Shown one piece after another: positions 9,443 to 16,509 of a stretch of DNA of 32,000 nt. The notes under the pieces are model-generated. The model did no database searches. It was not told the DNA's origin and saw nothing but the letters and a program-made list of their open reading frames with translations. Source of the stretch: Aeropyrum pernix K1. GTDB taxonomy: Archaea; Thermoproteota; Thermoprotei_A; Sulfolobales; Acidilobaceae. The stretch lies in the NCBI RefSeq assembly GCF_000011125.1, contig NC_000854.2:390001-422000 (forward strand), read 5' to 3'. Numbering within the stretch: the stretch's first letter is position 1; every line of letters starts with the position of its first letter. The translations under genes and the position numbers were made by a program.

Positions 9443-10603
9443 GTGGGAGCGGTGAAGCGGAGGATAGTGATCCTGGGCGGCAGCTTCGGTGGCTTGCAGG
9501 CGGCCCGCTACACTCTAGACCTCCTGGGGGATAAGGCGGATATTACTGTTGTAAATGAGTCGGACCGTATCGTTTTCAAGCCAGCACTAACCTATCTGGC
9601 GGCAGGCATGAGGTCCTCAGCAGAAGAGCTCTACATACCCCTTCGCGAGAAGTTTGCCAACACCAGTGCAAGGCTAGAAGTGTCTAGAGTAAGCGGGATC
9701 TACCCCGAGGAGAACAAGGTAGAGCTGAGCTCGGGCTCGGCTATAGAGTACGACTACCTGGTAATAGCCCTAGGGGCTGTACCCGACGAGAAGGCCCTGC
9801 CGGGCCTGGAAGAGGCTAACGCGAACCCATGGACCCTCGAGGGCGCTCTAAAGGTGAGGAGGGCCTTGGAAAATGGGGCCAGGAAGGTTGTTGTAGGCTC
9901 CTTCAAGCCACCCTACCCGTGCCCTCCAGCGCCCATAGAGCTGGCCGGCCTAGTAGCCAAGACCCCCCTGGCGGGTAACGGGGGAGTAGAGGTGACCCTC
10001 GGGTTCCCAGGGCCCAGGCCCCTGCCTCCCCTGGGTGAGGAGGTCTCCTCTAAGCTGGAGGCCCTAATAGAGTCCACCCCGATCAGGTACGTCAGGGACT
10101 TCAAGCCGATAGAGGTTGACCCCGGGCGTAAGGTGTTGAGGCACGAGGGCGGGGAGGAGAGTTTCGACGTTCTAGCCCTGGTCCCACCCTACAAGGTCAA
10201 CCCCCTGATTGTCGAGGCCGGTCTGGCCAGTGAGGGAGGATGGCCTAGGGTCTTGTTTGAGAAGGGGTTCAGACATGGCAGCTACGACAACATCTACGTT
10301 ATAGGAGATTCAAGCGTCGCCCAGTACGGCGCGCCTATGGCAGGGTTCCTGGCGGGCTTTATGGCCCTGGGGGCTGCGAGGGCGATAGCCGAGGACCTGG
10401 GGGAGCCTGTGGAGGCTGGCGGTAAGAAGGCCTATGCCAAGTGCTTCGTAGATTATATAGACGATGGTGCCGCCGTCTTCTGCGACTTCACAGGACTGTT
10501 CACAGGAGAGGGAGGCCCCCACTGCCACGTTATAGCGGAGGGAGGCCTGGTGGGGGAGTACAAGAAGGCGCTGGAGAGGTACTGGAGGTCCTTTAAACTC
10601 TAA
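9443..10603 (+). CDS. FAD-dependent pyridine nucleotide-disulfide oxidoreductase, SQR/FCSD-like
   Basis: 386 aa; RIVILGGSFGGLQAARYTLDLL (FAD-binding), IEYDYLVIALGAVPD, FKPPYPCPPAPIELAGLV, NIYVIGDSSVAQYGAPMAGFLAGFMA. Assignment to SQR rather than NDH-2 is tentative. Confidence 0.82.
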   Translation: MGAVKRRIVILGGSFGGLQAARYTLDLLGDKADITVVNESDRIVFKPALTYLAAGMRSSAEELYIPLREKFANTSARLEVSRVSGIYPEENKVELSSGSAIEYDYLVIALGAVPDEKALPGLEEANANPWTLEGALKVRRALENGARKVVVGSFKPPYPCPPAPIELAGLVAKTPLAGNGGVEVTLGFPGPRPLPPLGEEVSSKLEALIESTPIRYVRDFKPIEVDPGRKVLRHEGGEESFDVLALVPPYKVNPLIVEAGLASEGGWPRVLFEKGFRHGSYDNIYVIGDSSVAQYGAPMAGFLAGFMALGAARAIAEDLGEPVEAGGKKAYAKCFVDYIDDGAAVFCDFTGLFTGEGGPHCHVIAEGGLVGEYKKALERYWRSFKL

Positions 10604-10674
10604 TTAAGTTAAGAAAAATAATGCGAGCTTGAGAGCACTAAAATCTTGGAGTTGGAAGGAGGAGAGTATCTGTT

Positions 10675-10686
10675 AAAAAACTTTTT
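10675..10686. terminator. Shared poly-A/poly-T tract between convergent genes (likely bidirectional terminator)
   Basis: tgttaaaaaactttttc: A6 (T6 on - strand) at 10675-10680 and T5 at 10682-10686, between stops at 10603 (+) and 10709 (-). Confidence 0.5.
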
Positions 10687-10708
10687 CATTCTACACGGTT
10701 GCATAACG

Positions 10709-11341
10709 CTAGTTGAGAGCGTCATAGAGGGCGGGGAATACGAAGGTTCCTACGCCGTCGATCTCGATGGCCACGGCTGCCGTCCAAGCACCTCCTCTGA
10801 AGATTGTTAGCCTGACGCTAACCTCTTCTCCCCTATCCTCGACGGCCTTCTCAATGTTCTCGAATATCCATGCTCCGCTTACCATGTAGCCGTTCTCCAC
10901 GTCTATGTATGCAGGGAGTATCTTGGCCCTCACAGTTCCATCGCCGGTGTCAACCACTATTGCGTTGTACCTGTCCAGGGCGTTTACAACAACTCCTTCA
11001 ACCTCGGCTAGAGCCTCCTCCATGCTGTCCTGGTCCATGAAGACGTAGCCCATGCCACCCTGCATCCAGCCGCCTCCCTGCCACGGGCCTGGCATCCCCA
11101 TCATTCCGCCCATATGCATATACTCCATCATAGGGCACTCGCCATAATCGTCCTCGTACGGCTCATCGTGACCGTCCATGCCGCCCATGCCGGGGGATGC
11201 TATGGGCTGGCTGCCGCCCATCATTCCCCCCACTCCCTGGCCTCCTCCGTGGGCTAGCGCCGAGGCCGCATACAGGCCTCCGCCCACTAGTATTGCGGAG
11301 AGGGCGAGGGCCACCGCGAGCATCTTGAGATCCACACCCAT
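10709..11341 (-). CDS. Secreted/membrane-anchored Met-rich protein with OB-fold-like C-terminal domain
   Basis: 210 aa; N-terminal hydrophobic segment, GGMMGGSQPIASPGMGGMDGHDEPYEDDYGECPMMEYMHMGGMMGMPG, then EVEGVVVNALDRYNAIVVDTGDGTVRAKILPAY. Confidence 0.65.
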   Translation of the reverse strand: MGVDLKMLAVALALSAILVGGGLYAASALAHGGGQGVGGMMGGSQPIASPGMGGMDGHDEPYEDDYGECPMMEYMHMGGMMGMPGPWQGGGWMQGGMGYVFMDQDSMEEALAEVEGVVVNALDRYNAIVVDTGDGTVRAKILPAYIDVENGYMVSGAWIFENIEKAVEDRGEEVSVRLTIFRGGAWTAAVAIEIDGVGTFVFPALYDALN

Positions 11342-11551
11342 CTCATACCACCTCGCATGTCCACCCTAGGATATTGAGGGGTGCTTTAAAAACGGAGACT
11401 CACAAATTGTGAGTACCTGGAAGCGCTATTCTAATGGACGACTTATTCAAATACATTATCTATCACGGCCTTTCTCTCTGGGTAATCCATCGTTAAGTTC
11501 TATGTATAAATACTTAGTTTGAAAATAATTTTAATAACGAGGATGTAGACA

Positions 11552-11890
11552 ATGATGGCGTATTACGGCGCTAATATAGCCTCAAAACCCCTCCTGCTAG
11601 ACGCGGGAGATATGAATACTGAAATGGGTGGATGCTGCATGATGGGGTGGGGATGGGGCTTCTTCGGAGGACTCTGGGGCCTCTTCTGGATGCTAATCTT
11701 CATACTCATACTAGGGGCGGTGATCTACGCCATCATAGTACTAATAAGAGGCCTAGCGACAGGGCAGCAGACCCAACAACCCGTACAACAGCCCAGCGAG
11801 AAGCACCTCGAACAGGAGATCAGGAGCCTAAAAAGCGAGATAGAAGAGATTAAAAGGCTGTTAAGCGAAAGGAAGAGGGAAGAAAAGTGA
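11552..11890 (+). CDS. Small membrane protein with CCMM/aromatic motif and C-terminal amphipathic helix
   Basis: MNTEMGGCCMMGWGWGFFGGLWGLFWMLIFILILGAVIYAIIVLI + QQ-rich linker + EKHLEQEIRSLKSEIEEIKRLLSERKREEK. The true start is probably the internal ATG at MNTEMGG. TATA-like gtataaatac lies upstream (~11503). Confidence 0.7.
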   Translation: MMAYYGANIASKPLLLDAGDMNTEMGGCCMMGWGWGFFGGLWGLFWMLIFILILGAVIYAIIVLIRGLATGQQTQQPVQQPSEKHLEQEIRSLKSEIEEIKRLLSERKREEK

Positions 11891-12274
11891 AAATAGTAGA
11901 CCCTGAGAAGACGCGCTATCACATGAAGAATCATTTTTACCTATTTACCCAACTAGCGCTCCTTTCCTAGAAGAAAGGCTAAATAGCCGGAATAACCGTC
12001 TTCCCTAATTACACAACGCTGACTTAGAACTAGACCGCTCCCTCCGCATCTGGTAGTAGGCCCCTGAGACACCAAAATAGAGAATTTAACTCCATCCTCA
12101 GAGGCCAGTGCCTCTAATAGCTACCTCCAAATCTACTGTAGCACATTACTTGGTCCAGGCAGCTATACGCCCGCCCCTTCATAGCCCTGGCTTGAAACGG
12201 GCCGAGGGTGTCTCCGGATTTTCCCGGCTAACGCCGGTTATTAAACCTCTCGCTATACACTTCCATGATGCTGA

Positions 12275-12293
12275 AAGCGTTTTCCAAACGCTT
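12275..12293. repeat. Perfect 8-bp inverted repeat AAGCGTTT-TCC-AAACGCTT
   Basis: Directly read in an otherwise unassigned intergenic region. Confidence 0.5.
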
Positions 12294-12386
12294 CCCTGGT
12301 TGAGGACCTGATTGACTCTCTGGAGTTTGAGGTGGTTGAGGATTTGATTGATTTTGATTAGTAGTGATGTTTCCAGGATGGTTTCT

Positions 12387-12463
12387 GGCGCCGGGGAGGG
12401 GACTTGAACCCCCGACCACCGGGTTAACAGCCCGGCGCTCTACCTAGCTGAGCTACCCCGGCA
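12387..12463 (-). tRNA. tRNA-Asn (anticodon GTT), CCA encoded
   Basis: Reverse complement GCCGGGGTAGCTCAGCTAGGTAGAGCGCCGGGCTGTTAACCCGGTGGTCGGGGGTTCAAGTCCCCTCCCCGGCGCCA; acceptor GCCGGGG/CCCCGGC, anticodon stem CCGGG/CCCGG, loop CTGTTAA. Confidence 0.96.
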
Positions 12464-12511
12464 CCCTCCCTATCTCTATCTCATCTTGTGGCTTTAACGG
12501 TTTCCGCCTGG

Positions 12512-12964
12512 CTAGCCGCTGGCTAGTGAGAGGGCGTTCATCACGAACTCGTACATCCCATCCTTCTTCAGCCCCCTCTCCATCCTGTAGAGCTGCTCGG
12601 GGGCGATACCGTACCTCCTAGCGACCTTGTAGGGGGGCTCTCCCCGCCCTCGGGCGTAGAGGAGGAGTATTAGGCTTCTTATCGCGCCGGGGTGGGAGAG
12701 CCTCCTCCTGAAGCTGTAGTGGTTTATAGCCTCCTCGAGGATCCTGGTTATGGGGTAGCTGTCAACCATCCACTCGATAACCTCCCTGGGGAGGCGTATC
12801 TCCTTGGGCCTGCCGAGCCCGTAGACGACTATAGACTCCTCGGACTTAACCTCGAAGATCCTGGTTATGAAGTTGCCCCGCCCCAACAGCCGGACCACCT
12901 CCACTGGGAGAGGAGGCCCCCGAGAGGGATAACTATGAGCCCCCGCGGCAGGCGGGGGCTGCAT
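12512..12964 (-). CDS. Hypothetical protein with helix-turn-helix-like C-terminal region
   Basis: 150 aa; GAIRSLILLLYARGRGEPPYKVARRYGIAPEQLYRMERGLKKDGMYEFVMNALSLA. N-terminal ~20 aa may be over-extended. Confidence 0.6.
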   Translation of the reverse strand: MQPPPAAGAHSYPSRGPPLPVEVVRLLGRGNFITRIFEVKSEESIVVYGLGRPKEIRLPREVIEWMVDSYPITRILEEAINHYSFRRRLSHPGAIRSLILLLYARGRGEPPYKVARRYGIAPEQLYRMERGLKKDGMYEFVMNALSLASG

Positions 12965-12989
12965 CTAGGAGCCCCGGGTATGGGGGCTG

Positions 12990-13103
12990 TGGTGGGCCCG
13001 GGGGGATTTGAACCCCCGACCTACGGGTCTGGAGCCTCGGCCTCCCGCACCCTCTGGAGGCCTATGCGGGGTCCGCCGCTCTGCCTGGCTGAGCTACGGG
13101 CCC
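12990..13103 (-). tRNA. Intron-containing tRNA, probable tRNA-Trp (CCA); mature 3' CCA encoded
   Basis: Reverse complement GGGCCCGTAGCTCAGCCAGGCAGAGCGGCGG...[~37 nt insert]...GCTCCAGACCCGTAGGTCGGGGGTTCAAATCCCCCCGGGCCCACCA. Acceptor GGGCCCG/CGGGCCC; removing the insert gives a 74-nt body with loop CTCCAGA. Confidence 0.85.
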
Positions 13104-13296
13104 GCCCCCAGTTGTCTATTGTTTGTTCCCGGCTGCGGCTTAAAATCGCTAAGCCTGGGATGCGCGGGGTGGAGTGGGTGTTGTGGGCCTTGGCCTGCGG
13201 GCCTTGTCATCACGGCCGCCCAGGCTGTCGGGCGGCTCTAGACCCGGGTTCTCCGTCTACGCCTCTCTAGGGCGTTTTGGCCATCGGCCCCGCCTC

Positions 13297-13824
13297 TTAT
13301 ATATGACGCTGCGGGGTGTTGAGCTTTACCTCCCCCTCCTGCAGCATAGCTAGGATGCGCCTGAGTATCCTGAGAGTAGCGCCCCATAGTATGAGGCCTC
13401 CTGGGAGGCTTAGGCCCTCGATAACCCCCCTGTAGGGGTGTCTAACGGGGCCGGGCTTTGCCGATGCGATGTGGAGGGGGGCCCATATGGCTGCGTCTAC
13501 CTCCTCCTCAGCCGGCCTGGGCTCGGCCGGGCCCTGGAGAGCCGCTATCACGACGTGTATCCTCCTCCCGGCGGTCAGGGTTTTCTCGCAGCAGTAGGAT
13601 GCTAGGGGCCTTACAGCTGCGGGGGGTATCCAGGCCTCCTCCCAGGCCTCCCTCGCTGCAGCCTCCAGGGGGGCCTCGCCCCTCTTCACTCCGCCCCCCG
13701 GTAGGGCTAGGTCGCATGCCCAGGGGCTGCCTGGGGCGCACCTCTTCCTGACCAGTAGCACCCTGGTGGGGCTGCCCCAGAGTAGGGCTAGCACTGAGGA
13801 GTCTGGCCCTCCCAAGGGTTCCAT
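13297..13824 (-). CDS. Nudix hydrolase family protein
   Basis: Nudix box GGGVKRGEAPLEAAAREAWEEAWI preceded by VLLVRKR and LALP. Confidence 0.9.
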   Translation of the reverse strand: MEPLGGPDSSVLALLWGSPTRVLLVRKRCAPGSPWACDLALPGGGVKRGEAPLEAAAREAWEEAWIPPAAVRPLASYCCEKTLTAGRRIHVVIAALQGPAEPRPAEEEVDAAIWAPLHIASAKPGPVRHPYRGVIEGLSLPGGLILWGATLRILRRILAMLQEGEVKLNTPQRHI

Positions 13825-14342
13825 CCCGCCTGGGCTGTGCAGGGCTCCGCCGGCTTTCCCTTGAGGACCTCGCAGCCGCGGGGGGTGTGTAGAACCAGCG
13901 TCTCAACCCTCCTCCTGAGAGCCTCGAGCACGTAAGGGTTGTCGTCGTGGACCTCCCCTACACAACCCTCCCTAGCCTCCACCTCCATTATACTCTCGAG
14001 CTTGTGGTCCACCTCCCCCACGCCCCGCCTCCTCAGGATTATGCCCCTGACACCCCCGAGGGGTATACACCACTCCCTCAGCAGCCTGGCTATCAAGCTC
14101 CTCTCCTGCTCAGGCCTCCCGGAGACTATGTACACCCTGTAGCCCCTCCCGATAAGCCTCCTGGCGAGAGCGACACCCAGGGGCCTAGGCCTAACCTCCC
14201 CCTCAAAGCCTTCAGCCAGCACGCCGTCGAAGTCGAACACCACCGTCCTACACTCGCCGGTGGGCGGCCCTCCGTGGAGTAACCTCTCCCCATGCACGCC
14301 GTCGGGTGAAACCAGAGACTTCACGGGGCCGCCACTACACAT
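13788..14342 (-). CDS. HAD-like phosphatase family protein
   Basis: TVVFDFDGVLAEGFEGEVRP (motif I), VYIVSGRPEQERSLIARLL (motif II), GEVHDDNPYVLEAL (motif IV-like). Exact start uncertain. Confidence 0.75.
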   Translation of the reverse strand: MCSGGPVKSLVSPDGVHGERLLHGGPPTGECRTVVFDFDGVLAEGFEGEVRPRPLGVALARRLIGRGYRVYIVSGRPEQERSLIARLLREWCIPLGGVRGIILRRRGVGEVDHKLESIMEVEAREGCVGEVHDDNPYVLEALRRRVETLVLHTPRGCEVLKGKPAEPCTAQAGWNPWEGQTPQC

Positions 14343-14462
14343 TATCTACAGCCTCGGAAGGCTTAGACAGTATCCCCTGTGGTTGGTTATATGCCAGTTG
14401 TTAATAGCTCCAGGCCGCCATTATAATGTTATGGCCTGCCATGGCCGTGGGTGTAGAGTCTT

Positions 14463-14693
14463 ATGCCCAAGTGTATCGTGTGCGGTAGGTTCTTCCACGA
14501 GGGGCAGGGCATCATTATAAAGATACCAGGCGGGCTCCTGGAGTTCCACAGTTCGAGGTGTGCACAGAGGTTTCTAAGGATGCTGCTGGAGGAGAGGGGG
14601 TCTGAGTGTGTGGCTAGGGAGGCTCTCGAGCTGGCGAGGGGGCTGAGGTCCTCTCTCGAGAGGCTGGAGGAGGGGAGGGCGAAGGCGATATGA
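14463..14693 (+). CDS. Small treble-clef zinc-finger protein, L24e/TRASH-like
   Basis: MPKCIVCGRFFHEGQGIIIKIPGGLLEFHSSRCAQRFLRMLL matches CxxC...(F)HSxxCxxxFL. Confidence 0.75.
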   Translation: MPKCIVCGRFFHEGQGIIIKIPGGLLEFHSSRCAQRFLRMLLEERGSECVAREALELARGLRSSLERLEEGRAKAI

Positions 14694-15439
14694 GTAGTGG
14701 GTGGGTCGAGCTTAGGCTCTACACTATACTCAAGGACGCCGCGGGGGCTGAGACGGTCAGGGTGCCCTGCCCCCCCGGCGGCGTCACCCTCGGGGAGGCC
14801 CTGAGGGAGGCGGCGAGGACCTCAGGCGGGCTTGAGAGGGCCCTCGACGCAGTATCATGGGAGGTCTACGGGCTCCTGGACGACGGGTCTAGGCTCGCAC
14901 TGGAGGATAGGGTGGCCTGCGGCTCCAGGGTCCACGTTATACCCCCTCCGAGCGGCGGCGGCGTGGTGGTGGAGGCTAGGCTTCTTAAGCCGGGGGAACC
15001 CGTGGATATAGCCAGCCTGGTTGCTAGGGCGGCCTCCGCCTCGCCAGCCAACGGTGCTGTGGCCGTTTTCGTGGGCACCGTCAAGTCTGTAGTGGGGGGT
15101 GTGAGGGTTGAGAAGCTCTTCTACGAGGCCGCCTGGGGTGTTGCAGAGAGGGTTATAGAGTCTATATTGAGGGAGGAGGCTGGGGCCAACGGGCTCTCAG
15201 CGGCTATAGTCTACCACTACACCGGCGAGAGGAGGCCGGGGGAGACGACTATAGTGGCTGTGGTGGCGGGGGCTTCCCGGGGCAACGTCTACCCCGGGCT
15301 GCAGAGGGTTGTGGACAGGGTTAAGAGGGAGGCGCCCATATGGAAGGTGGAGTATAGGGAGGGAGGGGTTAAAGCCTACATACTGGGCGATAGGGTCGTC
15401 ACCCTCGTGCACCCGGGCCGCCGGCCTCGAGCATCCTAG
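14690..15439 (+). CDS. Fused molybdopterin synthase, MoaD (small) - MoaE (large) single polypeptide
   Basis: N-terminal ubiquitin-like domain (VELRLYTILKDAAGAETVRVP...SRVHVIPPPSGGG) followed by MoaE motifs (GAVAVFVGTVKSVVGGVRVEKLFYEA, IVYHYTGERRPGETTIVAVVAGASRGNVYPGLQRVVDRVKREAPIWKVEY). Confidence 0.9.
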   Translation: MSSGWVELRLYTILKDAAGAETVRVPCPPGGVTLGEALREAARTSGGLERALDAVSWEVYGLLDDGSRLALEDRVACGSRVHVIPPPSGGGVVVEARLLKPGEPVDIASLVARAASASPANGAVAVFVGTVKSVVGGVRVEKLFYEAAWGVAERVIESILREEAGANGLSAAIVYHYTGERRPGETTIVAVVAGASRGNVYPGLQRVVDRVKREAPIWKVEYREGGVKAYILGDRVVTLVHPGRRPRAS

Positions 15440-15857
15440 CCAGCATCCTCCCCACGTTAACCTGGGCCCTGTACAAGACCGCGCCGTCCTCCTCCACCCC
15501 CACCTGCCCGGCCCACCCGGGCAGCTTGGCCTTCGACACTGCCAGAACGTATTCCAGGCCAGCCCCCCTAAGCAGGTTGAACCCCATCGTCAAGGGCGTC
15601 CTGGGCCTCGCCACCGCAGTCCAGAGTATGAGAACGAGGGGTTTGTAGAGCGCGCCCCTATAGTCCTCGGCCATGTGGAAGGCCTCGGCAGCCCCCAGCA
15701 CTGGCTCCGGCCTGCCGGGTAGGCTGGGTATCTCCTGGAAGCTGGCAAGCGCCTCTCTTGCTCGGGGGGCGGGGTCTAGTAGTGGTGTCGACCACTCGTG
15801 GTAGAAGACCACCCCCACTAGAACGTCCTCGGGGAGCTGCTCTGCGGCGGCGAGCAC
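15399..15857 (-). CDS. VWA-like domain ORF (degenerate), possibly the C-terminal half of a tandem VWA protein
   Basis: The open frame extends upstream of the listed start: LRGGARLRDLIIVLDKPRRGDTRLHSAVLAAAEQLPEDVLVGVVFYHEWSTPLLD...; collinear with the preceding VWA protein (see findings). Confidence 0.6.
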   Translation of the reverse strand: MLAAAEQLPEDVLVGVVFYHEWSTPLLDPAPRAREALASFQEIPSLPGRPEPVLGAAEAFHMAEDYRGALYKPLVLILWTAVARPRTPLTMGFNLLRGAGLEYVLAVSKAKLPGWAGQVGVEEDGAVLYRAQVNVGRMLARMLEAGGPGARG

Positions 15858-15915
15858 CGCGCTGTGAAGCCTCGTATCCCCCCTCCTCGGCTTGTCCAGG
15901 ACTATTATGAGGTCT

Positions 15916-16509
15916 CTAAGCCTGGCTCCCCCCCGCAGCCCTAGCCACCCCCACTGCAGCCTTCATGTCGTCGCCCTCGCCGGCAACGATGTAGACACGC
16001 CCCCCGGTTCTGGAGGCGGCCTCCTCAACGCTCCTCTTAACCACATCCCCAGGCTGCCCCCCGACTATTATGAAGTGTAGCCTCACACCCATGTTCAGGG
16101 CGTAGATGGTGGCTAGGGGTATTGGTATGCCGGTGTTGAAGCCGCCGTCGCTCACCATAACCACATGCCTCTCCCTCCCGCTGCCCCTGAGCATCTTGAC
16201 GGACTCCACTATACCATCCCCCCCGGCAGAGCCCTCTCCTACTGCCCGTAGGAGGGTGAGGGAGTCGAGGACCCTCCTGTAGTTGTCTGTCGAGGGGAGT
16301 ATGGGGAAGGCCCTGTCGTGGAAGCCCACTATACCCACTCTCGAGCCGGGCCTCGAGAGTATCCGGGAGCTCGCCATAGCTATTATCCCGCTCGATACTT
16401 TGAGCTTGCTCGCCCCCAGGCCTCCGGCAGTCCTGGCCATGCTCTTCGACAGGTCTATAGCCCAGACAACGTCGTAGCCCCTATTCAACCCCCCACGCCT
16501 CAAGGGCAC
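15916..16509 (-). CDS. VWA domain protein with intact-looking MIDAS
   Basis: YDVVWAIDLSKSMART (DxSxS), GSRVGIVGFHDRAFPILPS, RHVVMVSDGGFNTGIPI. Confidence 0.85.
   Translation of the reverse strand: MPLRRGGLNRGYDVVWAIDLSKSMARTAGGLGASKLKVSSGIIAMASSRILSRPGSRVGIVGFHDRAFPILPSTDNYRRVLDSLTLLRAVGEGSAGGDGIVESVKMLRGSGRERHVVMVSDGGFNTGIPIPLATIYALNMGVRLHFIIVGGQPGDVVKRSVEEAASRTGGRVYIVAGEGDDMKAAVGVARAAGGSQA

Noticed and set aside
12108-12311. 67-aa + strand ORF
   Set aside because: No hydrophobic, structural or domain pattern; most likely chance ORF in the intergenic interval.
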